Part shown: piece after piece, positions 44,529 through 53,278 of the stretch
Numbering within the stretch: the first letter of the stretch is position 1
How the letters are laid out: each line of letters starts with the position of its first letter
The notes under the pieces: generated by a model
Databases searched by the model: none
Seen by the model: the letters and a program-made list of their open reading frames with translations, nothing else
What the model was told of the DNA's origin: nothing
NCBI GenBank assembly: GCA_018672055.1
Contig: JABHGM010000001.1
Coordinates: 8,884-72,883, forward strand
Length of the DNA: 64,000 nucleotides
Direction of reading: 5' to 3'
Source: a bacterium
GTDB lineage: Bacteria; Patescibacteriota; Patescibacteriia; UBA1558; UBA10009
Made by a program: the position numbers and the translations under genes

Positions 44529-47033
44529 ATGACAGACAATATATACAATAAATTTACTAAGCATTTTAAGCATATTTTAACGCTATCTCAAGATATAGCT
44601 GCTTCTTTGTATCATCATCAAATAGAGCCTCTTCATTTACTCTATTCTCTATCTAATGAAAAAGGCAGTATTGGTGCTGAAATATTACATAAGAATAAAC
44701 TAACTCCAGAAAAAGTAAGAAGAGTTTTAGAAATATTAAATAATAATCAAAGTAAAGATCAAACAACTACTAAAGCTATGCCAAGCTTAAGTAAAGAAGC
44801 CTCTCAGATAATAGAAAAAAGTGTAAAGATAGCTTTTGAATATAATCATAAATATGTTGGCACTGAACATTTAATACTAGCACTAGTTACAAGTGAAAAC
44901 ACATTACTAGTAAACTTTTTTAAAGAATTAAATATTTCTGGAAAGGGCGTTAAATCACATATTGAAGGCATATTAAAAAGTACTTCTAAGTTTGTTGATC
45001 TTACAAAAAAACCAAATAATTTAAATGATGGTCAATTAGAAAGAGTTTTAACTCAAGACAACAATTCAAAAGACAGTTCAGCTTTAGAAACATTTGCTGT
45101 TGATTTAACTGATTCTCAAATTCAAGCAAATATTGATCCAGTAATTGGTAGAGAAGAAGAAATAGACAGAGTAATTCAAATACTATCCAGAAGAACAAAA
45201 AATAATCCAATTTTACTTGGTGATCCAGGTACTGGTAAAACAGCTATTGTTGAAGGACTAGCTAAAAGAATATCAGAGAATAAGGTACCTGATGTTTTAA
45301 TAAATAAAAGAATCTTAACTCTAGATCTAGGCTCTGCTATTGCTGGTACTATTTATAGGGGTGAATTTGAAAATAGATTAAAACAAGTTATTGAAGAAGT
45401 TAAAGCAGATCCAAATATAGTACTATTTATCGATGAAATACATACAGTAATTGGCGCTGGCGCTTCTACTGGTTCACTTGATGCTGCTAACCTTTTTAAA
45501 CCAGAGTTAGCTCGTGGAAATTTAAGAATGATTGGAGCTACTACACAAGAAGAATTTAAAAAACATATTGAATCTGATCCAGCTTTTGAAAGAAGATTTC
45601 AACCTGTTTTAGTTGCTGAATCAACTCCAGAAGAAACACGTGAAATATTAGAAGGAATTAAGAAAAATTATGAAAAATATCATCAAGTTAAAATATCAAA
45701 TGAAGCTATTGTAGCTGCCGTTGAACTATCAACTAGATATTTACCAAATAAGAACTTGCCAGATAAAGCAATTGATTTAATTGATGAAGCTTCAGCTAAG
45801 ATAAAAGTAGCTACTACTAAAAATGGTATAGCTAGAACTATAAAGAAGTTAGAAAAAGAATTAAGTGATATTCAAGAAGTAAAAGAAAAGTATATAGTAA
45901 GTGAAAAGTTTGATGAAGCTTTAAAGTATAAGAGTCAAGAAGATGACATATTAAAAAAATTAGATGACCTTAAAAAAGAGGAAGATCAAGAAAAAAAGAA
46001 AATTCTAGGTACTCTTACTAGGCGTGATATTGCTTTAGTTTTATCACATATGACTAAGATACCAGTTAGTGAATTAGTAGCTACAGAAAAGCAAAAACTC
46101 CTTAATTTAGAGGATATTTTAAAGAATTTCATAATTGGACAAGATGAAGCATTAGCTGACCTTTCTAAGAGCATTAGAAGGTCCAGAACAGGTATTTCTG
46201 ACCCAAATAGACCTATTGCCTCATTTATCTTTTTAGGTCCATCAGGGGTCGGTAAAACAGAAACAGCTAAGATACTAGCACGTGAAATATATGAAGATGA
46301 AGACGCTTTAATACGTATTGATATGTCTGAATTTTCACATAGTTTTAATATCTCAAAGTTAATTGGCGCACCAGCAGGTTATGTTGGTTATAAGGAGCAA
46401 GGTAAATTAACTGATCAAGTTAAAAGAAAACCATATAGTGTAATATTATTTGATGAAATAGAAAAAGCTCATCCAGATGTTTTTGATTTATTACTACCTA
46501 TTCTAGAAGATGGTGAATTAACTGATGCTACAGGTAAAAAAATAAACTTCAAAAATACAATTATTATAATGACTTCAAATATTGGACTTAAAGAATTTAA
46601 CAGACAAGCAGAGCTCGGTTTTGAAACTAGTAGCTCAAATAGAGAGAAAAGAGATAAAGGATTTAAAAAACTAACCAAAACCATTGATGAAGGTTTAAGC
46701 GATACATTTAGACCAGAATTTTTAAATAGAATAGATAAAGTAGTAATCTTTAAACCATTAACAGAAGATGATATAGCTAAAATTACTAAGCTTCATTTAA
46801 AAGACTTAGCTTTTAGAATAAAGGATCAAGGTATTAATTTAAAAACAAGTCTTAGTTTAGAAAAGTTAATTACTAAAAAATCATATGATCCAGATCAAGG
46901 TGCTAGGAAAGTAAGAAAAATTATTTCGGATTTATTAGAAAATCCATTAGCTACTGAATTATTAAATGATAAGTTTAAAGATAAAAAAATAATAAATGTA
47001 AAAGCACAGAAAGAAAAAGTAATATTTAATTAA
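44529..47033 (+). CDS. clpC: ClpC/ClpB-type AAA+ chaperone (Clp ATPase with N-domain repeats and two AAA modules)
   Basis: Two Clp_N repeats. AAA-1 Walker A GDPGTGKTAIVEGLA and Walker B LFIDEIHT. Short coiled-coil M region. AAA-2 Walker A GPSGVGKTETAKILA and Walker B ILFDEIEKAH. 834 aa. Confidence 0.85.
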   Translation: MTDNIYNKFTKHFKHILTLSQDIAASLYHHQIEPLHLLYSLSNEKGSIGAEILHKNKLTPEKVRRVLEILNNNQSKDQTTTKAMPSLSKEASQIIEKSVKIAFEYNHKYVGTEHLILALVTSENTLLVNFFKELNISGKGVKSHIEGILKSTSKFVDLTKKPNNLNDGQLERVLTQDNNSKDSSALETFAVDLTDSQIQANIDPVIGREEEIDRVIQILSRRTKNNPILLGDPGTGKTAIVEGLAKRISENKVPDVLINKRILTLDLGSAIAGTIYRGEFENRLKQVIEEVKADPNIVLFIDEIHTVIGAGASTGSLDAANLFKPELARGNLRMIGATTQEEFKKHIESDPAFERRFQPVLVAESTPEETREILEGIKKNYEKYHQVKISNEAIVAAVELSTRYLPNKNLPDKAIDLIDEASAKIKVATTKNGIARTIKKLEKELSDIQEVKEKYIVSEKFDEALKYKSQEDDILKKLDDLKKEEDQEKKKILGTLTRRDIALVLSHMTKIPVSELVATEKQKLLNLEDILKNFIIGQDEALADLSKSIRRSRTGISDPNRPIASFIFLGPSGVGKTETAKILAREIYEDEDALIRIDMSEFSHSFNISKLIGAPAGYVGYKEQGKLTDQVKRKPYSVILFDEIEKAHPDVFDLLLPILEDGELTDATGKKINFKNTIIIMTSNIGLKEFNRQAELGFETSSSNREKRDKGFKKLTKTIDEGLSDTFRPEFLNRIDKVVIFKPLTEDDIAKITKLHLKDLAFRIKDQGINLKTSLSLEKLITKKSYDPDQGARKVRKIISDLLENPLATELLNDKFKDKKIINVKAQKEKVIFN

Positions 47034-47043
47034 AATATATTAA

Positions 47044-47076
47044 AAACAGGGTCACTTATTATTAATACCCTGTTTT
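47044..47076 (+). other. Hairpin between clpC and comFC (weak terminator or attenuator candidate)
   Basis: aaacagggt / accctgttt 9-bp stem with a 14-nt loop, ending 1 nt before the comFC ATG. Short T-run only. Confidence 0.3.
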
Positions 47077-47727
47077 ATGATTAAAAAAATATTTAACTAT
47101 CTACTCTCGCTAATATTTCCTATAGAATGCATATCCTGTAAAGAAGAAGATACTTATCTTTGTACTAAATGTTTAAATAAGATAGATATAAATCATGATT
47201 TTAAATTTAAAAAAAATTTAAAATATATAGACAAAGTACATTCTGCAACTAAGTATGATAATAAATTACTTCAAATAGCAATCCATTATTTTAAATTTAG
47301 ATATATTAAAGAACTGGTAGTGCCTCTATCAAAAATTATTATTAAATACCTTGAGCAAGAAAAAATAGAATTAACTGATTATATGCTAATACCAATACCA
47401 CTTCACAAAAAAAGGTATTTAGAAAGAGGCTTTAATCAATCAGAACTAATTGCTACTCAATTAGCTAAACATTTTAATCTACAAATAGCTAATAATGTAT
47501 TAATAAGATCAATAAATACACCTCATCAAGTAGGTTTGAATAAGAAAAAAAGACTAAATAATTTAAATGAAGCCTTTAAAGTATTAAAACCTGAATTAAT
47601 TAAAGATAAAAAAATCATCCTAATAGATGATGTTGTAACAACAGGCTCTACTCTAGAAGAAGTAGCTAAAACCCTAATAAAAGCTAAGGTTAGTAACATA
47701 ATAGCTATTACTATAGCTTATGACTAA
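47077..47727 (+). CDS. comFC: ComF family protein (phosphoribosyltransferase-like competence protein ComFC)
   Basis: N-terminal double Cys pair (CISCKEE...CTKCLNK) and C-terminal PRTase motif 'IILIDDVVTTGSTLEE'. Confidence 0.8.
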   Translation: MIKKIFNYLLSLIFPIECISCKEEDTYLCTKCLNKIDINHDFKFKKNLKYIDKVHSATKYDNKLLQIAIHYFKFRYIKELVVPLSKIIIKYLEQEKIELTDYMLIPIPLHKKRYLERGFNQSELIATQLAKHFNLQIANNVLIRSINTPHQVGLNKKKRLNNLNEAFKVLKPELIKDKKIILIDDVVTTGSTLEEVAKTLIKAKVSNIIAITIAYD

Positions 47728-47803
47728 TTTGACAATTATAGCCAAATATTGTAGTCTCTAAATGCCGAACATAAAAAAATAAAGCAACTCAAGGAGAAAA
47801 AAA

Positions 47804-48322
47804 GTGCAACAAACAAACTCAATATACTCAGTAAACATGGATATTCTTAATCAAATGCCAGAGGAACTTGGTAATATACCAAATATGAAAAAGAAGGCTA
47901 ATAGCGTACCAGCAAGTTTATCACTGAGTGATATACCCGATCAGGATAAAAAACTTTGCACCATGGTTAAAAGTGATGTGCTATTAATTATTAATGAAAT
48001 TAATAAAAAAATAGCTATCTGCGAAACCCAAAGTGATAATGAAAAAAATTCCTTAAGAACGGTTGAAAGTAATAGCGCTGGATTTAAAGAGCCATCAGAA
48101 GGAAATGGATCTAGTGATAATAAAAACATTTTATCTGCTCACAATGCTAATAGTTTAGCTATCTTATTCAACTCACTAACCGCACAAAAACGAAGAATAT
48201 TCAAAGGAGGATTTACTAATCGCTGTACCAAAAAACGGGGTACCTTTACTTGCAATAATGATATTTCATTAGAAAGATATCTAGCAGTACCAGGAACCAC
48301 TAAATGTCCGTCATGTAAATAA
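47804..48322 (+). CDS. Hypothetical protein with a C-terminal Cys cluster; SD plus GTG start
   Basis: AAGGAG 8 nt upstream of the GTG start. C-terminal CTKKRGTFTCNN...CPSCK. No recognised domain. Confidence 0.5.
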   Translation: MQQTNSIYSVNMDILNQMPEELGNIPNMKKKANSVPASLSLSDIPDQDKKLCTMVKSDVLLIINEINKKIAICETQSDNEKNSLRTVESNSAGFKEPSEGNGSSDNKNILSAHNANSLAILFNSLTAQKRRIFKGGFTNRCTKKRGTFTCNNDISLERYLAVPGTTKCPSCK

Positions 48323-48343
48323 CACTAAAATTATTTTAGACTT

Positions 48344-48376
48344 AAAAACGCTCATATCGGCAACGAGCGTTTTTTT
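48344..48376. terminator. Bidirectional Rho-independent terminator between convergent genes
   Basis: aaaaacgctc-atatcggcaac-gagcgttttttt: GC stem flanked by an A-run and a T-run, so it is functional on both strands. Confidence 0.7.
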
Positions 48377-48390
48377 ATTTACTATATATA

Positions 48391-48894
48391 TTATAACTTA
48401 AGCCATCTACTTAAACCTTCTGAAATTGGTTCATCTTCTTTATCTAAATCTTCTTCTAAGTATTCAGTTAATAGTTTTCTAATATCCAAAGGATTTTGAT
48501 TTTCGAGTGGTATAGGCATTCTAGGACGAGTAGCTGATTTAAAATTAATAAACAATGTTTTTACTTCAGGTGGTTGATAGATGATATAAAAATTACTAAT
48601 TTCTTCAAAGGGGAAATACCTGTCCTCTACTTCAATACCATCTTCTGTAATGCTAAAAGTAATTTGTTCTGGTTCACGCCTATTTATTAAAACAAAAGTA
48701 ATCGTACCTATTATTATGATAACTGCGAATAAAAAATTAATAGTTACTATAGAATATATTAAACAAAATGCAATTAATACAAAAATCCAAAAGTACCATT
48801 TCTTACTTCTCTCATATTGAGTGAATTCTTGAAAATTCCACTTAGCCAATATTTCACCATGTTTATCCATATACATATTATATATCATACTCAA
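48391..48894 (-). CDS. Hypothetical membrane protein (two TM helices plus a cytoplasmic domain)
   Basis: 167 aa; TM region YFWIFVLIAFCLIYSIVTINFLFAVIIIIGTITFVLI; no recognised catalytic motif. Confidence 0.55.
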   Translation of the reverse strand: MSMIYNMYMDKHGEILAKWNFQEFTQYERSKKWYFWIFVLIAFCLIYSIVTINFLFAVIIIIGTITFVLINRREPEQITFSITEDGIEVEDRYFPFEEISNFYIIYQPPEVKTLFINFKSATRPRMPIPLENQNPLDIRKLLTEYLEEDLDKEDEPISEGLSRWLKL

Positions 48895-48898
48895 TTAA

Positions 48899-48927
48899 TT
48901 GACAAATCTTCAAAAAAGTTATATATT
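48899..48927 (+). promoter_or_regulatory. Sigma70-type promoter (TTGACA-17-TATATT) for the tRNA-Ser pair
   Basis: ttgaca aatcttcaaaaaagtta tatatt, ~30 nt upstream of the first tRNA 5' end. Confidence 0.55.
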
Positions 48928-48956
48928 ACACAAGTTATTATTTCTTATATAATAAC

Positions 48957-49051
48957 GGAGAGGTACCCAAGTGGCTTAAGGGGACTGTTTGCTAAACAGT
49001 TAGATCGTCTTTATGGGCGGTGCGAGGGTTCGAATCCCTCCCTCTCCGCCA
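48957..49051 (+). tRNA. tRNA-Ser (anticodon GCU), with encoded CCA
   Basis: Acceptor ggagagg/cctctcc, long variable arm, anticodon loop ctGCTaa, T-arm gggttcgaatccc, 3' gCCA. Confidence 0.8.
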
Positions 49052-49060
49052 AAATACTAG

Positions 49061-49150
49061 GGAGAGTTGCCGGAGCGGTCGAACGGGGCAGTCTTGAAAA
49101 CTGCTGGGCCTTTACAGGTCCCGGGGGTTCGAATCCCTCACTCTCCGCCA
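49061..49150 (+). tRNA. tRNA-Ser (anticodon UGA), with encoded CCA
   Basis: Acceptor ggagag./.ctctcc, long variable arm, anticodon stem gcagt/actgc with loop ctTGAaa, T-arm gggttcgaatccc, gCCA. Confidence 0.8.
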
Positions 49151-49166
49151 TTATATGGTCAAAATC

Positions 49167-49198
49167 ATAAATTCCTGTATTGTAATACAGGAATTTAT
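49167..49198. other. Perfect 15-bp inverted repeat with a 2-nt spacer (hairpin or protein-binding palindrome) downstream of the tRNA pair
   Basis: ataaattcctgtatt-gt-aatacaggaatttat. No following T-run. Could be a terminator for the tRNAs or an operator. Confidence 0.5.
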
Positions 49199-49207
49199 AG
49201 TAAAAAC

Positions 49208-49236
49208 TTGTATTATTGCTCAGATATGCTATAATT
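49208..49236 (+). promoter_or_regulatory. Promoter with extended -10 (TTGTAT-17-TGcTATAAT)
   Basis: ttgtat tattgctcagatatgct ataat...; TG at -15/-14 and a perfect TATAAT, ~25 nt upstream of the ATG at 49261. Confidence 0.5.
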
Positions 49237-49260
49237 CAACCATATAAATAAACTAATTAT

Positions 49261-50397
49261 ATGGCATTAATTAAACGCTATATTCACAATACTCTTATTA
49301 AAAAACTGGAACCTAATAAGGTTGTAGTACTTTATGGACCTCGCCAAATAGGAAAAACTACTTTAACTGAAGAAATACTCAAAAATACGAAAGAAAAATA
49401 TCTATTCTTAAATGGTGAAACTAGAAATGTTCAAAAATGGCTTAGTAGCCAAGAAGTGGATACTTTTAAACAATACATTGCTGATAATGAATTACTAGTT
49501 ATAGACGAAGCACAAAAAATAGACAATATTGGATTAAATTTAAAATTAATAGTAGACCATATTAAAAATATTAAAGTATTAGCCACTGGTTCATCTTCGT
49601 TTGAATTAGCTAATCAGATAGGCGAACCTTTAGTTGGACGTAAATGGCAATTTACACTTTATCCAATTTCTCAACTAGAACTTAAACAATACGAAAATCT
49701 TAATCAAACAAATAATAATCTAGAATCAAGACTTGTCTACGGTTCTTATCCTGAAGTAATAAAAGCGAAATCAAATCAAGAACGAAAAGATATTTTAAAT
49801 GAAATAGCTGATAGCTATCTATATCGTGACTTGTTAGAATTTGATGAGATAAAAAAATCACAAAAAATTATTGATATATTAAAAAACATCGCCTTTCAAA
49901 TAGGGCAAGAAGTGTCTATTCAAGAGTTATCTTCAGCTGTCAACCTGAATCTAAGAACCGTAGAAAAATATCTAGATTTATTAGAAAAAACTTTTGTTAT
50001 TAAAAGAGTCTATGGCTTTTCAAGAAATTTAAGAAAAGAAATTAGTAAAATGTCAAGATTCTATTTCTTTGATAACGGAATTAGAAATGCGATTATTCAA
50101 AATTTTAATACTCTTGATTTAAGAAATGATATTGGACAACTTTGGGAAAACTATATATTCATGGAAAGGATCAAAAAAAATGAATACAAAAATATCCACA
50201 CAAATATATATTTTTGGAGAACCTATGATCAAAAAGAAATAGATCTTATAGAAGAACGTGATGGTATACTTTATGGATATGAAATTAAGTATAATGAAAA
50301 TAAAAAAATGAAACCGCCTAAAGGTTGGCTAGAAACATATGAAAATGCCGAATTTAAAATAATAAATAATAAAAATTATCTAGACTTTATTACATAA
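49261..50397 (+). CDS. AAA family ATPase (PF13173 AAA_14 + DUF4143 type)
   Basis: Walker A VVLYGPRQIGKTTL and Walker B LLVIDEAQK. 378 aa with the C-terminal DUF4143-like region typical of this family. Confidence 0.75.
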   Translation: MALIKRYIHNTLIKKLEPNKVVVLYGPRQIGKTTLTEEILKNTKEKYLFLNGETRNVQKWLSSQEVDTFKQYIADNELLVIDEAQKIDNIGLNLKLIVDHIKNIKVLATGSSSFELANQIGEPLVGRKWQFTLYPISQLELKQYENLNQTNNNLESRLVYGSYPEVIKAKSNQERKDILNEIADSYLYRDLLEFDEIKKSQKIIDILKNIAFQIGQEVSIQELSSAVNLNLRTVEKYLDLLEKTFVIKRVYGFSRNLRKEISKMSRFYFFDNGIRNAIIQNFNTLDLRNDIGQLWENYIFMERIKKNEYKNIHTNIYFWRTYDQKEIDLIEERDGILYGYEIKYNENKKMKPPKGWLETYENAEFKIINNKNYLDFIT

Positions 50398-50413
50398 TTA
50401 TTCAACATAGCTA

Positions 50414-50490
50414 GCGCCCGTAGCTCAGCTGGATAGAGCGCAGGATTGCGGTTCCTGAGGTCAGAGGTTCAACTCCTCTCGGGCGCACCA
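50414..50490 (+). tRNA. tRNA-Arg; anticodon read as GCG, which is unusual for bacteria (ACG is normal)
   Basis: Perfect cloverleaf: acceptor gcgcccg/cgggcgc, Arg-type D-arm tagctcagctggatagagc, anticodon stem cagga/tcctg with loop ttGCGgt, T-arm agaggttcaactcctct, aCCA. Confidence 0.75.
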
Positions 50491-50547
50491 AAAAATACTT
50501 AATTTTAAGCTATTTTTTTTATTTTTAAAACCTGTTAAACTAAAATC

Positions 50548-52623
50548 ATGTTAAATTTAGAAACCAAAGTAGAAGAGCTAACATCTGTTGGTAAAACAGC
50601 TGCTTCTCACTTAAAAAGACTAGGTATTGAAACAGTAGCCCACCTTATTGCTTGGTATCCTTTTAGATATGATGATTTTAGTCAATTAAAAGACATACGT
50701 GATTTAAAAGCAGGTGAAATTGCTACAGTTCAAGGTAAAATCGAATTACTAGCTACTAAACGCTCCCCTCGTAAAAAAATGATGATTACTGAATGTTTCT
50801 TAAGTGATGATACTGGTAGTATTAAGGCTATTTGGTTTGGGCAAAAATATATTACTAAAGTTTTAGAAAATAATGATTCTGTATTTTTCTCAGGTAAAAT
50901 AGATGGTGATCTTTTTGATCACTACTTTCAAAATCCGTCATTTGAAAAAGTAAGTGATGATACAGCACATACTGCTAGAATTGTTCCAATCTATCCCCTA
51001 ACTTACGGTTTAACTCAAAAACAAATAAGATTTTTAGTAAAACACTCTTTAGTAAATATTAAATTAAATGAAGATTGGTTAGGAGAAGATATAAAGAAAG
51101 AATATAATTTAATTGATTTAGATCAAGCTATACATAATATTCATTTCCCAGATGATTTAAAAGAATTATATAAAGCTAAAAGAAGATTAAAATTTGGTGA
51201 ACTTTTAGAATTTCATTTACAAAATTATTTAGTAAAAAAAGATTTAGAAAAAGCTTTAGCTATACCTTTAACTTTTAATGAGCTAGAAACAAAAAAAATT
51301 GTAAATAGTTTAGGTTTCACTTTAACCGATGCTCAAAAAAAATGTACTTGGCAGATATTACAAGACATGACTCTTAAAAAACCAATGAATAGATTATTAG
51401 AAGGTGACGTTGGTTCAGGTAAAACTGTAGTAGCCGCTCTGCCTATTGCTAATGCTGCTTTAAATGGCTATCAAACAGCTTTACTAGCACCAACTGAGAT
51501 ATTAGCCTTTCAACATTTTGAATCATTAAAAGAAATATTTAAAACTGTTGATTTAAATATTGCTCTTTTAACTAGAACTAAGCAATTAATTACTAATACT
51601 AAGAATCAAGAAGTAGAAAAAATAACTAAAGGTAAATTATTAAAAAAAATAAATTCAAAAGAAATAGATTTAGTAATAGGTACTCATGCAGTTATCCAAG
51701 ATAAAGTAGAATTTAATAATCTAGCTTTAGTTATAATAGATGAACAACATAGATTTGGCGTAGCTCAAAGAAAAGCAATTCGTGACAAATCAGGTGATAA
51801 AAATACTACACCTCATTTACTCTCTATGACAGCTACACCTATTCCCAGAACACTAGCTCTTACTCTCTATGGTGATTTAGATATATCCATAATTAATGAA
51901 CTACCGCCTGGTAGAAAAAAACCTGAAACTACATTAGTAGATAAGAGAGATAGAAATAAATCATATAAATTTATTGAGCAAGAAATATTAAAAGGTAGAC
52001 AAGCTTTTGTAATCTGCCCACTTATTGATGAATCTGATAAATTAGGCGTCAAAGCAGTTACTGAAGAGTATAAAAGATTAAGTGAAAAAGTATTCCCTAA
52101 CCTTAAAGTAGGTTTACTCCATGGTAAATTAAAAACTCAAGCTAAAGAAGATGTTATGAAAGAAATGAGTGAGAATAAAATAAATATTTTAGTTGCTACC
52201 TCTGTTATTGAGGTAGGTGTTAATATTCCAAATGCTAATGTTATGATTATTGAATCAGCTGAACGTTTTGGTTTAGCTCAACTTCATCAATTTAGAGGTA
52301 GAATAAATAGAAGTACTCATCAAGCATATTGCTACCTATTTTCTGATAATATTAACGAAAAAACATTTACCAGACTAAAAACTTTAACTGAGTGTTTTGA
52401 TGGCTTTAAACTAGCTGAAGTTGATTTAAAATTAAGAGGCAGTGGTAATATGTCAGGCACTCGTCAATCAGGATTATTCAATAATTTTAGAATAGCCAAT
52501 TTTAATGATGTTGAATTAATTGCTGAAACAAAAAAAGCTGCAGATAGTATAAGCACTAATGATCCACAACTAATAAATTATCCAGAAATTAAAGAAGCAG
52601 CTAAAGAAATACACCCTGAATAA
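50548..52623 (+). CDS. recG: ATP-dependent DNA helicase RecG
   Basis: N-terminal wedge/OB region. Helicase motif I DVGSGKTVVA, motif II DEQHRFGV, motifs V-VI (QFRGRINR). 691 aa. Confidence 0.9.
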   Translation: MLNLETKVEELTSVGKTAASHLKRLGIETVAHLIAWYPFRYDDFSQLKDIRDLKAGEIATVQGKIELLATKRSPRKKMMITECFLSDDTGSIKAIWFGQKYITKVLENNDSVFFSGKIDGDLFDHYFQNPSFEKVSDDTAHTARIVPIYPLTYGLTQKQIRFLVKHSLVNIKLNEDWLGEDIKKEYNLIDLDQAIHNIHFPDDLKELYKAKRRLKFGELLEFHLQNYLVKKDLEKALAIPLTFNELETKKIVNSLGFTLTDAQKKCTWQILQDMTLKKPMNRLLEGDVGSGKTVVAALPIANAALNGYQTALLAPTEILAFQHFESLKEIFKTVDLNIALLTRTKQLITNTKNQEVEKITKGKLLKKINSKEIDLVIGTHAVIQDKVEFNNLALVIIDEQHRFGVAQRKAIRDKSGDKNTTPHLLSMTATPIPRTLALTLYGDLDISIINELPPGRKKPETTLVDKRDRNKSYKFIEQEILKGRQAFVICPLIDESDKLGVKAVTEEYKRLSEKVFPNLKVGLLHGKLKTQAKEDVMKEMSENKINILVATSVIEVGVNIPNANVMIIESAERFGLAQLHQFRGRINRSTHQAYCYLFSDNINEKTFTRLKTLTECFDGFKLAEVDLKLRGSGNMSGTRQSGLFNNFRIANFNDVELIAETKKAADSISTNDPQLINYPEIKEAAKEIHPE

Positions 52624-53274
52624 TTATAACTGATTTATTATATAATCAAATTCATCTTGAGAAAGTAGTCCTTCTACTTTCTCATTATTTATATACAAAG
52701 TAGGCGTAGCTTCAACTCCTAAAGCTCTAGCTTCAGCAAAAGAGTTTGTAATTAAAGATAAAGTTCCTTGATTTTCATAACAGCTATTAAATCTAGCTAT
52801 ATCTAAATTTAAATTCTGAGCTATTTCTAAATATAGAGAACTACCTAAATTACTTTGATTAGCAAATACATTATCATGAAATTCCCAAAACTTACCCTGA
52901 ACTTGAGCGCATCTAGCAGCTACAGCAGCACTTAAACCTCTTGGATCATAAGTACCTGTAAAATCTTTCCAAACTATTTTTATTCTATCCCTATACTTAT
53001 CTAAAATATACTTTAAACTAGGTTGCAAATCACGACAATAGGAACAACTAAAACTTTCGAATAGAATTATAGTAATTTCTGAATTATTAATACCCAACCA
53101 AGGATCTGAAGTTAAAATTAATGGCTCATCTAAACTAAGCTTATTTGAATCTTCATTAATATTTTCATCTCTGTTAAGTGATTTATTTACTAAAATTAAT
53201 CTTACAACTAAAAGACCAACAAAAAAAATAAGGAGAACCTCTAAAAGTATGATAATTTTTTTTTGTTTTTCCAT
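52624..53274 (-). CDS. Membrane-anchored DsbA/thioredoxin-fold oxidoreductase (third paralog in window)
   Basis: N-terminal TM, CxxC active site (FSCSYCRDL), 'TPTLYINN' motif. Its stop abuts the recG stop with zero spacing. Confidence 0.75.
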   Translation of the reverse strand: MEKQKKIIILLEVLLIFFVGLLVVRLILVNKSLNRDENINEDSNKLSLDEPLILTSDPWLGINNSEITIILFESFSCSYCRDLQPSLKYILDKYRDRIKIVWKDFTGTYDPRGLSAAVAARCAQVQGKFWEFHDNVFANQSNLGSSLYLEIAQNLNLDIARFNSCYENQGTLSLITNSFAEARALGVEATPTLYINNEKVEGLLSQDEFDYIINQL

Positions 53275-53278
53275 TATC

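Noticed and set aside
47730-47758. Possible promoter TTGACA-17-TAGTCT upstream of 47804
   Set aside because: The -35 is perfect, but the -10 hexamer at the correct spacing is poor (TAGTCT). It is not reported as a feature.
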